64,000 nucleotides of DNA, taken from Eledone cirrhosa. Its lineage: Eukaryota. The notes below the pieces were generated by a model. The model saw only the letters and a program-made list of their open reading frames with translations. It did not search any database and was not told the origin of the DNA. The translations under genes and the position numbers were made by a program. Below, piece after piece: positions 10,309-23,502 of the stretch (position 1 is the first letter of the stretch; each line of letters begins with the position of its first letter). The stretch covers positions 5,270,001-5,334,000 of the forward strand of contig OZ024759.1 of assembly GCA_964016885.1 (NCBI GenBank), in the 5' to 3' direction.

Positions 10309-10507
10309 AATATACATATATAATATATATATAATATATATATAATATATATATATAATATACATATATAATATATATATATAATATATATATATATAAT
10401 ATACATATATAATATATATATAATATATATATATAATATATATATATAATATACATATATAATATATATATAATATATATATATAATAGATATATAATAT
10501 ATATATA
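10309..10507. repeat. TA-rich compound microsatellite
   Basis: Almost pure (TA)n/TAA with occasional ACA. Confidence 0.95.
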
Positions 10508-11834
10508 TCTATACTATAAAGCTGATGGCCGTATGTAGGTACAAACTTTCCGCCAAACGGCTAGACCAAACAGCACCAAATTTGCTCCATAGATGTAACT
10601 TTTTCCAAGTAAAAAAGTGAGGGTATTTTTGTCTACTGAATGATTAAAGACATTATTTAAATATTCACTTTTTTAAAATTTCAAACATCAACACTTCCGG
10701 TTATACGTCATTCCTCAATTTTCTTATGACGTCACACAACATTCCCCTCTTTTTCTTAGTCTGTATGTCTGGCTGTCTGCATTAGATAACGTTTTTCGAA
10801 ATATTTACTTCTGCGTTCACAGACTGATATTTTTAGTTTCAGAAGATCCCGTTAAGGGTGAAAGCAGCGATTCTTTGCTTAAACTTTAATCTGTTATTTT
10901 AATATATATATTCGTGTACAGATATTTTTGCATACACAAAAACAAAAACCTATTTATTTCATGAAAGCACAGACGGCTTATCGTCATTGTTACTGTTCGA
11001 GGTTAGAGGACCACACTCTTTCCAAGATCTGAGAACCATCAATGGCCATCAATGTTCCACTTACTGTTAGGCTTGCCAGATGCGTGGTATGTTACATGAT
11101 GACAGCCATTGACACCTCACCCTGCTAAATAGCTAAAGTCCCTTCTCAGCTGCGAAAACCTTTTGCTATTATGCTGCACAACTGCGATATCGCCGACCCT
11201 CTCGCACTGTGGAACAACCACTGCGAAAGTCTAGCTGAGGACATCCTCCACCGCACACGCAGACACAATTCAAACCTAACATACAATGTCGTTTTCAATG
11301 AGGCGCTCATTTGTCTTGAAAACAGAGTCCTGGAGATTGGTGGTCGGCCTCTAGGCCACTACAGCTTACCTGCTCCTGACAGGAGTGTCCAGAGGTCAAC
11401 GTCTACAGAGCTTCTTTGCGAGACGAGCTACGAAATCAGTGATTCTCCCATGGTCAATTGTATGTAGGATGCTCTAGGGTTAGCTCACCAAACAATCTTT
11501 GCTCCGGAGGGCTGAACAAAAAATATTTTATACTCTGAGGCTCTAACAATGTAATTTAAATATTTTCTGTTACTTGGAATTTCCATTATGGTTGTACAAA
11601 TTATTGTTTGTTAAAAAATGTGTTCTCTGTTCAGCCTTTATTGTTGTAACTATCAATTTTCTTTAATGTACTGGCTGCTGAAGTGGGGAATCTTAAAAAC
11701 TATTGAAACCCAACACCAGAGCACATTAACCCCCCCAACCCCCTCTCGCTTACTTGAGAGGGCATGCGGTATCTTTCCTGAAAAGATAAAATGCCGGTAT
11801 ACTTAGCCAGGCACCAGCCGGAAAGGCCAGCTAG
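10508..11834 (+). mobile_element. Internally deleted Helitron with a RepHel remnant
   Basis: Starts A|TCTATACTATAAAG, ends with an imperfect GC hairpin (CCAGGC-ACCA-GCCGG) and CTAG|T, no TSD. 10990-11440 translates to VRGPHSFQDLRTING...ACQMRGMLHDD...LALWNNHCESLAEDIL...EALICLENRV, the Rep-helicase linker, with stops. Confidence 0.85.
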
Positions 11835-11871
11835 TAATATATATATATAATAAATATATAATATATATATA

Positions 11872-12056
11872 ATTGTTTCTACTTTTGGCACAAGGCCAGC
11901 AATTACACAGTTCATTACTGGTACTTTATTTTATCGACCCACTAAGGATGAAAGGCAAAGTTAACCTTGACGGGATTTGAACTCAGGCCGTAAAGGGACA
12001 TAACTATGCTGGAAAGCATGGCGTCCGACCCTCTACTGATACTGTCAATTCACCGC

Positions 12057-12059
<3 letters not shown>
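11872..12059 (-). mobile_element. Full-length tRNA-derived SINE between TA tracts
   Basis: Minus strand GGGCGGTGAATTGACAG...GAGTTCAAATCCC (B box)...TTGCCTTTCATCCTTAGTGGGTCGATAAAATAAAGTACCAG. From memory the central part resembles the MetaSINE domain; not verified. Confidence 0.8.

Positions 12060-12111
<52 letters not shown>
12060..12111. repeat. (TA)n microsatellite
   Basis: ~26 perfect TA units, followed by degenerate TA/CA sequence to ~12235. Confidence 0.97.
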
Positions 12112-12114
<3 letters not shown>

Positions 12115-12235
12115 CTCACTCTTCGTGCGGCTGTTACTTAAATATAAGTATGTATACGTACATACATATATGTATACAGGCGTACAGTAGTATGTATATA
12201 TATATACATACATGCACACATATATATATGTACGT

Positions 12236-15200
12236 ATGGCACTCAATGACAATGTCACAGATAAAGACAAATTCACCTCCTGCTGCAAGACGAGAATACA
12301 AGGACCCCTCTTTATTTCAGACACAGATGACCAACAAAATCCCGTCTCCCACACCCCTCCCTGCCCCTCCAACCCATCCATCCCACCCTCCCAACTTCAG
12401 AGTTGGTACCATGAACGTAGGCACATTGAAAGGTCGCTCAAATGAGGTTGTAGAGATGCTTGAACGTAAAGAAGTTGATGTTTGTTGTATTCAAGAGACT
12501 AGGTGGAGAGGGGGATCTGCCAGATTCATCGTGGGTAAAAAACGATGCTATAAACTTTTCTGGGTGGGAAATGACAACGGACAGGGTAGTGTAGGAATTA
12601 TGTTAGCTGAAAAATGGGTAGATAAGGTAATGACGTAAATATAGTGAATGACAGAATAATTGAATTAAGACTAGTTCTAAATAGAATTACTGTGACAATA
12701 ATATCCGCTTATGCACCCCAATCTGGTCTACCTGATGTTATAAAGGACAGGTTCTATGAGATGCTAATGCACACTACCTTCCAAATAACCGACAGCGACT
12801 ACTTAATTATTGCTAGCGATCTAAACAGTCACGTTGGACAACATAGTGATGGCTATGATGGAATTCATGGAGGCTATGGGGTTGGAAATAGAAATGAGAA
12901 GGGTTTCAGAATCCTGGAATTCTGTGATGCAAATAGCCTAACTATATGTAACACAAACTTCAAAAAACGTGAAAACCACTTGATCACCTATAGATCAGGG
13001 GAACACGCCAGCCAGATAGATTATATCCTTACTAGAAGACGGGACAAAATGTCTGTTGTAAACTCTAAATCCCTCCCCCGTGAAGAATGCCCCTCCCAAC
13101 ATCGCCTAGTAGTTAGTGACCTCATAGCCAGGAATAGACGTACTCGACGACAGAGGAGGCCTACCTTGAGGAGAAGAATATGGAAGTTGAAGGACCCCAT
13201 AGCCAGTGACAAATTTAAAAGCTTATTATTTGTTGCCTTTGACAATAAGGAAGAGCAATTAGAGACGTGCAATAGAGAGGAACAGTGGCAATCCTTGAAA
13301 GTGAACCTGCTGAAAGCAACGGATGAAATCTGTGGCTGGAGCAGACCTATTGGCAGGAGGAGAGTAACTTGGTGGTGGAACAGTGAGGTGGAAGAGACAA
13401 TCAAGGGCAAAAAGCAGGCTTGGAAAGAATGGCAGGATGGGGGGCGTAGAGAGCACTATCAAGTGGCCAGGAGAGAAGCTAGGAGACAAGTGTACCTTGC
13501 AAAAAGGGTAGCAGAGGATAGAAAGTTCAAGCATGTTCTGCAACGTGAGGACCAAAAACGTGAGGTGTTCAGGATTGCTAGACAATGTGTCAAGGAAAAC
13601 CGTGATATTGTCGGGGAGAAGTGTGTCCGTAATGATAATGGTGTACTTGCGCTCACTGATACTGATAAGCCTGGAAGAGGCACTACGAGAGACTATTAAA
13701 TGAGAAGAATAAATGGGAAAAAGATAGTCTGCCCCAAATCGATCCAATGGTGCAAGGTAAAGGTAGTATAATAAGTAAGGCAATCAAAGATATGAAGACA
13801 GGCAAGGCAGCTGGGCCTTTGGAGGTAGTTGCTGAGATGCCTTCAACATCTGGTATGGTGGGACACACTATGGTCACACGTATAGTTAACCAAGTAATAC
13901 AGAATGGAGTCATACCGAAAGACTGGCGTAGCAGCATCATCATTAACTGCTACAAGGGTAAAGGGGATGCTCTAGATAGGGGAAACTATAGAGGCATTAA
14001 GTTAGTTGACCAGGTCATGAAGATCACAGAAAGAGTAATAGCGCAACTAATCAGAGAGCGAATTGATCTAGATGAAATGCAGTTTGGGTTTGTGTCAGGT
14101 AAAAGTACCACAGACGCTCTTTTCCTTGTACAACTACAAGAGAAGTACCTAGCTAAAAGTAAACCCCTCTACTTAGCTTTTGTAGACCTGGAGAAAACTT
14201 TTGACAGAGTCCCCCGCTCCATTATCTGGTGGGCTCTTAGAAAACTAGATGTAGATGAATGGCTGGTGAGAGCTATACAAGCTATGTATAATGAAACAGT
14301 CAGTAAGGTTAGAATTAACAATGAATATTGTGAAGAATTTAGTGTAAAAGTTGGCGTTCATCAAGGCTCTGTCCTTAGCCCCCTCTTATTTATTATTGCC
14401 CTTCAGGCTATAACAGAGGAGTTCAAGACCCGCTGCCCATGAGAACTCCTATACGCAGATGATCTAACGCTCATAGTTGAATCAATGGCTGAACTAGAGA
14501 AGAAATTCGAAACATGGAAGCATGGCCTAGAATCAAAAGGCCTTAAAGTTAACTTGTCTAAGACTAAAGTTCTAGTTTGTAGAAAGGAAAATAGGGCACA
14601 GGTGCCCTCAAGGAAATGGCTATGCTCAGTGTGTAGGAAAGGAGTAGGCAGAAATTCCATTTTATGTCCCAAATGCAAAGTATGGGTACATAAAAGATGT
14701 AGTGGGATCACAGGTAAACTATCTCAGAACGTAGACTTTATATGTGGCCAATGCTCAGGTGCAATAAGTAGCAAGTGTCCAAAGGATACTAGCTCCTTCC
14801 ATTGCCCAGATGGTTCTATAGAAATAGTAGACACTTTCCGTTACCTGGGTGACGAAATCAACAGTGGTGGAGGGTGTTCTGAAAGTACAGTAGCCAGAGT
14901 CAGAACGGGATGGAAAAAGTTCAGAGAGCTTATACCGTTGTTGGCCACAAAAGGTTTCTCTCTAAAAATGAAAGGCAGATTGTATGATGCCTGTTTCTCT
15001 CTAAAAATGAAAGGCAGATTGGTATGGCCATGTGATGCGCATTAAAGACGACAGTTGTATAAAAAAAGTGCAGGGCGATCAAAATTGATGGTAGTTACGG
15101 AGTAGGTAAACCCAGAAAAACCTGGGATGATCTGATAAATTCCGACCTTACATACTTACATCTCTCTAAGACAATGTCTCTGGACCGAGATCTTTGGTGC

Positions 15201-15600
15201 TATGCAGTAATACAGAAGACCCGCCTTGCCTATGTACAAAACGAAACCTACAGTCAGTAGGCACCTCTTAACCAAATATACACCCCAATCTACTACCCCT
15301 ACCCTATCCTCCCACTCCCACCAACAGCATGAGAAAATGAAATCGAGTTTGTGTAGGTGTCACGGGAAAGAAAAAAAAAACACACAGTCCACGCTGTAAT
15401 GTGGTCGTGTAGGTAACATGGTAAAAAGTTCCCAGTTCCACACTGTAAATGTGGTTGGTGTTAGGAAGGGCATCCAGCCGTAGAAAACCTGCCAGATAGT
15501 TCTATATGAGTGAGACACGGTCACCCGACCAGCCTTGCCTCAACTCCCGTCTAACCCATGCTAGCGTGGAAAATGGAGGTTAAACGAAGATGATGATGAT
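12236..15600 (+). mobile_element. Near full-length decayed RTE LINE (APE-RT-PHD-like finger, 3' UTR, GAT tail)
   Basis: APE motifs GTMNVGTL, CCIQETRW, SAYAPQ, QIDYIL, SQHRLV; RT motifs NYRGIKL, QFGFV, FVDLEKTFD, GVHQGSVLSP, LLYADDL (~14445-14465). Breaks at 12636, ~13670, 14440 and ~15000. Ends TTAAACGAAGATGATGATGAT. Confidence 0.95.
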
Positions 15601-16135
15601 ATATATAGGAAAATGTATGACCTCGACAGTAGAGCTCAAGCCGTTTCGACGGCTATTTCTGGACTAAATCAGAATTTTTAGCCTGGTAAATAAATAGCCG
15701 AACTTTTCAAGGGGTACTTCCTTATATGGGAAGATTGTAGCTGTCAAGAGGATTGGTCAAAAATTCCTGGTAAACACAATTAAGTCTATCATGGCAGTGG
15801 GTGGGAGGTGGGGATGGCTGAACTTGCCTGTAGAGCAAAGAGGGAGTGGGTGGAGCCGGTCAAGCGTTGAAAGTGAAATCTAAACAGCAAATTCTAAGGA
15901 TTGTGTAAGAAAGTAGGCCAACTTTCATACTTTCCACCATAGCGATTAAACTGCATACCCTGCTTTCCAGGTTACCCTTTGCCACTGATATATATATATT
16001 TATATATTGAGTACTCTGGTGCATTATGGTCCTTCTGGTTCCTTACCACACCTCCTTTGTTATATATATACAACGGCGGCGAAGATTGGAAACCGAATCT
16101 GAGCTTTCCCACCTCTGGGACAAGCCATGGTAAGT

Positions 16136-16470
16136 TGTTTACGCTCAAGAGACTAACCCCCTGGGGGATGCTAAACACAGGTCAGAGGTGTTTAAGCCTG
16201 ACAGAAAATAGGTCAGAGGATATATCCATCTTTCTGAGTTGTTTACGCTTGGCAAACTAATCCCTTGGGAGACTCTAACCAAAGTTCAGAGGATATATCT
16301 ATCCTTCTAACTTCAACTCTTATAAATACAGGGGTTGTTTACGCCCCGACAGAAAAGAAGTGATATACAGACAAGACAAGTGGCCTTTACAAGCTCTCGT
16401 CACGAAATACCAGTCCGTCACTAATTTCCTCTCCTGCCTGGCTGATCGATACAACCACATATTCCGTTAC
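16136..16470 (+). repeat. 5' LTR
   Basis: TG...CA boundaries, TATAAAT at 16321, immediately followed by the PBS-like motif. Confidence 0.85.
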
Positions 16471-16621
16471 AACTGGTGACCCCGTAAAACAGACACACAA
16501 CTTCTGATCATCCACTACAAACGATGTCTCTAGCACACGACGATTCATCTACGGCAGAAATGGCAGTGAGGGGGGCATTTACATTAAGAATTCCACCATT
16601 CTGGGTGCACGATCTAACACT

Positions 16622-19075
16622 GTGGTTCGCGCACATCCAAGCGCAGTTCGCATAATAACACACGACCCACCTGTCGCTGCACGACCTAGAAGGCTACCAC
16701 CAGACCGGCTGAAGTCCGTCAAACAAGAATTTCAGCACATGCTGGATCTCGGCATCATACGTCTGTCCTCACCCATACACTGTGTACCCAAGAAGTCGTC
16801 GAACGACTGGCGAATCTGTGGCGACTACCGTGCACTAAACAACTGCACCGTTCCTAACTCTTATCCAGTACCTCATCTACAGGACTTCTCTAGCTCGCTG
16901 CATGGGGCTCGCATATTTTCGAAGATCGATCTTGTCGAGCTTAACAATCAGATACCCGTTGAGCCCGCAGATATTCCAAAGACCGCAGTCACAACACCCT
17001 TTGGAATGTTCGAATTTCTGCGTATGCCTTTCGGTTTGCGAAATGCAGCGCAAACATTCCAGCGATTCATCGATACAGTCACCAGGGGTCTACCTTTTGT
17101 ATACGCATACATTGACGACTTACTGGTGGCCAGCAGCTCCGACGAAGGACATGAGAAACACCTGGATCTCCTATTCACACGTTTGCGTGAATATGGAATT
17201 GTTATCAACCCCAGCAAATGTGAGTTCGGAGTTGCGTCCCTTCATTTTCTGGGACACATCATTGACAAAGATGGTATTTGCCCACTTAAGGAGAAAGTCA
17301 AATCCATCATTGATTTTCCACAACCTATATCTCTCCGCAAACTGCGAGAATTTCTTGGCCTGGTAAACTTCTACAGAAGATTTATACCCCACTGTGCAGA
17401 GACAGCCCAACCACTCACAGATTTGCTGCGGCAGCGTACAACCAAAAACGCAAACATCAAGCTTCGCTGAGTTGAAGAAAATGTTGTCCGAGGCTACAAT
17501 GCTGAGTTACCCCAAACCTGACGCCCCAATGTGTTTATTGACTGATGCATCCGATTTCGGAGTTGGAGGTGTGCTTCAACAACTCTCTGGCGATATTTGG
17601 CGACCTGTATCTTTTTTCTCTAAGCGATTAAAACCCGCCGAAACTAAGTACAGCACATTCAGTCGTGAATTATTGGCAGCATACCTTGCTGTCAAGCATT
17701 TTCGACACATGCTAGAAGGTCGTGTGTTCTCTATATACACCGACCACAAACCACTAGTGTACGCGTTCAATGCCAAGCCTGACCGACACTCACCCAGGGA
17801 GGTCCGACATCTGGACTTCATTTCTCAGTACACTACTGATATTCGGTACATTAAGGGTGCCACCAACTCAGCAGCTGATGCCCTATCGCGCATGGAGCTT
17901 AAGGCAATCCACACCACTGCCACTATCGACCTCCAGAAGATTGCAGCGGATCAACAGAATGACGAGGAACTGCTGCAACTCCGGAAATCATCCTTGAAAT
18001 TGAAGGAATGCCTGCTGCCCTCTTCTTCGGGTTATATTTGGTGTGACATCTCCACAGGCCGCGAGCGCCCATACGTGCCCCGGAAACATCGACGCGACGT
18101 TTTCTCGACACAGCATTCTCTGGCACATCCTGGCGTCTGCGCCACGCAGAAACTGATGGTTGCCCGCTTTGTGTGGCCCAACATCAACAAGGACACCCGC
18201 GAATGGGCTAGGAACTGCATCGCGTGCCAGAAGGCGAAAATTCACCGGCACATCAAAGCCCCGATCGCTTCTTTCGCAACACCTGATGCACGGTTCCAAC
18301 ATGTGCATATAGACATAGTTGGACCTTTGCCTCCTTCTCAAAACTACACTCATCTTCTCACCTGTGTCGACCGATTTTCTCGCTGGCCAGAAGCTTTTCC
18401 CCTGACGGATATTACTGCGGAAACTGTTGCCAAAACGTTAGTGTTTCACTGGGTTTCGCGTTTCGGCACACCCGTGACCATCACTACGGATAGAGGACGT
18501 CAGTTCGATTCGAACCTATTTACCGAGCTGCCTCGTCTCCTCGGGTGCAAACACATCCATACAACAGCGTATCACCCTGCCGCTAACGGCATGGTAGAAC
18601 GCTTACACCGCCAGCTAAAATCATCTATCAAGGCTTACGAAGACTCCACTAACTAGTTCGAATACCTCCCACTCATTCTTCTTGGTATTTGTTCCACTGT
18701 TAAAGAGGGAGTCGGACATTCTCCGGCTGAAATCGTGTATGGCACCGTACTCACTCTACCCGGACAAATGATCACTCCTGTTTCGCCACAAGAACTTCCA
18801 GACCCTACAAAATATGTGCACCGTTTACGGTCATCAATGTCGCATGTCTCCTTCAGCCCCTAAACAACAGCACGTTACTTCACACATACCAAAAGACATC
18901 GATACATGTTTTCGTTAGAAATGACGGTATTCCATCGCAACTTCGTCCACCGTATTCCGTCCGGGCCCTACAAGGTGATACAGAAATGCCCTAAGTATTT
19001 CGTCCTCGACTTGAACGGGAAGCGAAATAACGTCTCCATTGATCGTTTAAAAAAAGCGTTCATAGAACAGGAATT
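16622..19075 (+). pseudogene. pol: Gypsy pol remnant (RT, RNase H, integrase)
   Basis: [34 protein letters not shown]; TDASD, RELLA, TDHKPL; HSLAHPG...CIACQ, HIDIVGP, TTDRG, NGMVER; GPY motif near 18963. Frameshift near 17465 and TAG at 18654. Confidence 0.93.
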
Positions 19076-19594
19076 GCCACCAGTACCCACCGTTTCTCCA
19101 GACTCACCAACAACTTTGCCCGACACAAACACGGCAAATATTGCACACCAAATCCGGAAGAACAGTCCGATGGCCCACGCCATGGGATACGTACAAGTTT
19201 ATCGGGTAAGTACAAATTATGCATCTGGTCGACATTTCGGCTAATTTGTACATTTCAACGAATCGGCCAATTTCTGTGGTCATGAACTACACACAAATCA
19301 ATTAACTCTGTGCATCACCCACATCAAAAGAACAGACAAAAGAACATTTTTCTGTTTCTATGAAATGAACAAACTTTTAATCAACAAACTTTTCGTACGA
19401 ACATTTTCAATATTATGTAACATCACAGTACATTTTCCTGAATGTAAATTTCTTTTGCTTTGCATGTTTTCTTCCATGTCTCCTGTTTGTAAATGACTTT
19501 CATGTGTTTTTTTATTTTTACTGATTTTCTTCAACAACACACCTAGTCATACCTATCTTCATTTCACATGCACCTAGATCATTCAATCTTAACT

Positions 19595-19918
19595 TGTTTA
19601 CGCTCAAGAGACTAACCCCTTGGGAGAGGCTAAACGCAGGTCAGAGGTGTTTACGCCTGACAGAAAATAGGTCAGAGGATATATCCATCTTTATGACTTG
19701 TTTACGCTTGGCAAACTAATCCTTGGGAGACTAACCAAAGTTTAGAGGATATATCTATCCTTCTAAATTCTACTCTTATAAAGACAGGGATTGTTTACGC
19801 CAAAAACAGAAAACAAGTGGGATACAGACAAGACAAGACGTTTTACAAGCTCTCGTCACGAAAAACCAGTCTATCACTTATTCTCACCTTCCTGGCTGAT
19901 CGCTGACTCCTGCAATAC
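19595..19918 (+). repeat. 3' LTR
   Basis: Aligns with the 5' LTR up to CCTGGCTGATCG (~19902), with visible substitutions and indels. Right end uncertain. Confidence 0.8.
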
Positions 19919-20380
19919 AAATAAGTAAATATACTAATACGCCGCACACACGCATTCATAGTGAGTCCAGCATTTGTACACGTATCATTCATTTCTGTTT
20001 ACACGTATTATAATCGTATTCTGTGATATTTGAATTTACGTGGCTCGAAGAGCCACCAAATTATTGTATGAATATTTTGTGTCAATTATTTTATCATTCA
20101 ATATTCAAATTGAATATTGTTGTAATAAAATAAACTTTGTAACAACACTCCTGGTATTTTTCTTTACACCGAAACCACCATACCAACAGTTACATCCATC
20201 CATCCACTTGTCGTTACAACCACACATAATATTCCGTTACACCTCCGTCTATATTTCAACCACTGGAACAACCTCACACAAGAAACAGTTGTCGCACCCT
20301 CAGTCAACATTTTAATGTCAAACATCGAAATAAATGTTATGAGTGTATATAGATAGATGTATATTGTGTGTGTATATATA

Positions 20381-20640
20381 CAGTAATCCCCCGCTATATT
20401 GCGGTTCACTTTTCGCGGTCCCGTTACATCGCGGATATTTCTTTGGAACGTATCTAATTTCCTATCGCGGTAATCCTCGCCACATCGCGGATTATTCGTT
20501 AGAACATATCTATTTTCTTATCGTGGTACGTCTGAGTAAAAAGTGTTTAAAATTTAAACTTATTAAATAAGTTTCGATGTTATTAAAGAGTATATCGTAA
20601 GGAAGGGACATCTTAAGGCTTTAATTATGAACAAATTTTT
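20381..20640 (+). mobile_element. Tigger/pogo-like DNA transposon left end
   Basis: TA|CAGTAATCCCCCGCTATATTGCGGTTCAC with repeated ATCGCGG subterminal motifs. No matching right end found. Confidence 0.6.
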
Positions 20641-20741
20641 ATATTTTCATTCCATTATTGTTTTACTGATTGTGTTTTGCTCTAATCTACTACAAACCCT
20701 TCATAGATTGGTCTCTCTGTAACATGGTTGTTTCTGGAACG

Positions 20742-20932
20742 TATCATGGCTTAGTGGTTAAAGCATTGGGCTTGCAATCTAAAGGTTGTGAGTTCGATTC
20801 TCGGACAGGGTGTTGTGTTGTGTCCTTGAGCAAGACACTTTATTTCACGTTACTCCAGTTTACTCAGCTGTAGAAATGAGTTGTGATGTCACTGGTGCCA
20901 AGCTATATCAGTCATAACCTTTCTCTTGGACA
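20742..20932 (+). mobile_element. tRNA-derived CORE-like SINE
   Basis: TGGCTTAGTGGTTAAAGC A box, GAGTTCGATTCTC B box, TGTCCTTGAGCAAGACACTT. The 3' part recurs at ~23503-23557 and ~23667-23850. Confidence 0.82.
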
Positions 20933-20977
20933 TATATATAGTGTATATATACTGTACACAGTGTATATATATCTATA

Positions 20978-22520
20978 TCATCATCACTGTTTTACGTCCC
21001 TTCTTCCATGGTAGTATGGGTTAGACAGGTTGTCCTGTTGTGGGCAGTGCCAGATAGGGTGACCTTGTCTTGCTCAGATGGGAACCGATTTAGGCTTGAT
21101 TTCCACAGCTGGATGCCCTTCCTAACACCAACCTCACAGTGAGTGATGGGTGTTTTTTTGTTGTGACACCTCCACGGCCACTTTACAGTGGGAGGGGGTG
21201 GGGCATATTGTCTATGTGCTTCAGCTTGTACCCAGGGGCTACAACACAACCTCCTCTGCTGCACACAGCATTTGATTCCTCTTATGTTCAGTCTCTCTCT
21301 CAATTTGTTAATGCTTTACCGTTCGCGTATATTACTATTACACGTCCATCGGAGCATGCAAGCTTCGTTTCTTTCTAATCTACGCAAGTCTTCTACAGAC
21401 AGTGCCCAGGTCTCACTACCATGTAGCATTGCTGTTCGTATGCACGTATCATACTGTCTGCCTTTCATTTTGAGGGAAAAGCCTTTTGCAGCTAGCAGTG
21501 GCAGTAGCTCCCTAAACTTCTTCAATCCTGTTACTGTACTTTCAGAACACCCACCTCCGCTGCTCCTTTCGCCACCTAGGTAGCAAAAGCTGTCTACTGT
21601 TTCTACAGATCTCTCCCAGAGTTTGGTGGTGCTTGTTTCTTTAGTTCTGCCATAGATTCAGCTATAAGTGTAAGATCATCCGCATATAGGAGTTCCTATG
21701 GGCATCAGGTCTTAAACTCCTCTGTTATAGCCTGCAATACTATTATAAACAGAAGAAGGTTAAGAACAGAGCCCTGGTGGACACCGACCTGTATGCTAGA
21801 TTCCTCGCTATAGTAATTGTTAACTCTAACTTTGCTGACTGCTCCCCTATACATGGCTTGTACAGCTTTCACAAGCCACTAATCTACTCTTAGTTTTCTA
21901 AGAGCCCACCAGATTATAGCACGGAGCACTCTGTTGAAGAATTTTTCCATATCGACAAGAGCCAGGTAGAGCGGCTTGCTTTTAGCTAGGTACTTTACCT
22001 GTAACTGCCTCACAAGGAAGAGAGCATCAGTGGTGCTTTTTCCTGGCACAAGCCCAAACTGCATCTCACCTAGTTTTACCCACTCCCTGATCAACTGTGC
22101 TATGACTCTTTCGATTACTTTCATGACCTGGTCCATCAGCTTTATATCTCTATAGTTTATTCTATCTAGTGCATCTACTTTACCCTTGTAGCAGTTGACG
22201 ATGATGCTGCTGCACCAATCCTTTGGTATGACACCCTCTAGTATTACCTGGTTAACAATATGTGTGGTTATTACTTTATCTACCCATTTGTCAGCTAATA
22301 GTATACCTACACCACCCATCCCATTGTCATTTCCCACCCAGAAAAATTTATAGCACTAACTTTTGCCTACAAGGACTCTAGCGAACTCTCCTCTCCACCT
22401 AGTCTCTTGCACACAGCATACGTCAATATCCTTTCACTCTAGCATGTCTATAATTTCTCCTTCCCTTCCTTTCATTGTGCTTATGTTGATGCTGCCAACT
22501 CAGAGTTTTGAACATTTGCC
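20978..22520 (-). mobile_element. Heavily deleted RTE LINE
   Basis: APE start fused directly to RT (ADKWVDKVI|TTHIVNQVI), then NYRDIKL, QFGLVPGKST, LLYADDL, KKFRELLPLL, 3' UTR and a GAT tail at 20978. Colinear with 12400-15600. Confidence 0.9.
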
Positions 22521-22698
22521 ATCATTTGTGGGAAAAGGTGAATTTTTGCAGGGGAGTGTGTATGCTTCCTGTCTCTGAATTAAAGCTTTGCATGGGTGCT
22601 TGGTAACTCGCAGATTCATATTCATTTATTTATTCGGGGTTGTTCCATTTATCCTTCGCTCCTCCATACATAACGGTGAACAAGAATTCTTTGGTGCA

Positions 22699-23091
22699 GG
22701 GCTAGAAGGACAGTAGTAGTAATGGCAGAGTTTGTTGGGGCTGGTAAGGGCTAGAAGGACAGTAGTAGTAATGGCAGTGTTTGTTGGGGCTGGTAAGGGC
22801 TAGAAGGACAGTAGTAGTAATGACAGAGTTTGTTGGGGCTGGTAAGGGCTAGAAGGACAGTAGTAGTAATGACAGAGTTTGTTGGGGCTGGTAAGGGCTA
22901 GAAGGACAGTAGTAGTAATGGCAGAGTTTGTTGGGGCTGGTAACGGCTAGAAGCACAGTAGTAGTAATGACAGAGTTTGTTGGGAGCTGGTAACGGCTAG
23001 AAGGACAGTAGTAGTAATGGCAGAGTTTGTTGGGGCTGGTAACGGCTAGAAGGACAGTAGTAGTAATGGCAGAGTTTGTTGGGGCTGGTAA
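22699..23091. repeat. 49-bp tandem array (8 copies)
   Basis: GGGCTAGAAGGACAGTAGTAGTAATGGCAGAGTTTGTTGGGGCTGGTAA; CTAGAAG recurs every 49 bp from 22702 to 23045. Confidence 0.95.
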
Positions 23092-23502
23092 TGGGTAAGG
23101 ACATGTTGCTGTGGTTTGATTGGTCAAATAGCCAATGGTAGTGAGTGGGAAATTGTGAGATAGGTAGCCATCATGACATATATCATCACAGGAGATTCGG
23201 GGGAAATAAGCAGATATAAGTAGGCTTATTAGACAAGGCAAGTATGCAAGAATTTCGAAGATTGTCACCTAGCTTTGAGAGAAAGGAGAGGTAATTGCAG
23301 GGGTTAGGGATGAGTTTGTAGAGAAAGACACAATGTCCAACATAGTTTATATCAAAAACAAGGTCGAAGTATATACATTGTGGAAACAAGTCAATGATAA
23401 TAATAATAATAATGTAAACAGAACATTTTGAAATTGGGGAAGAGAGATAGCTGTAGAATAGAAATAATCTATGAAAGTCTGGGATATAAGTTATATATAT
23501 AT

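Larger units (their letters stand above)
16136..19918 (+). mobile_element. Ty3/Gypsy LTR retrotransposon with gag and protease deleted
   Basis: Two ~330-bp direct repeats starting TGTTTACGCTCAAGAGACTAACCCC (16136 and 19595). PBS-like TGGTGACCCCG at 16474. pol order RT-RNaseH-integrase. Confidence 0.92.

Noticed and set aside
15636-15655. Hairpin AGCCGT-TTCG-ACGGCT downstream of the RTE tail
   Set aside because: Isolated short stem-loop with no ribozyme core and no second copy in the window.
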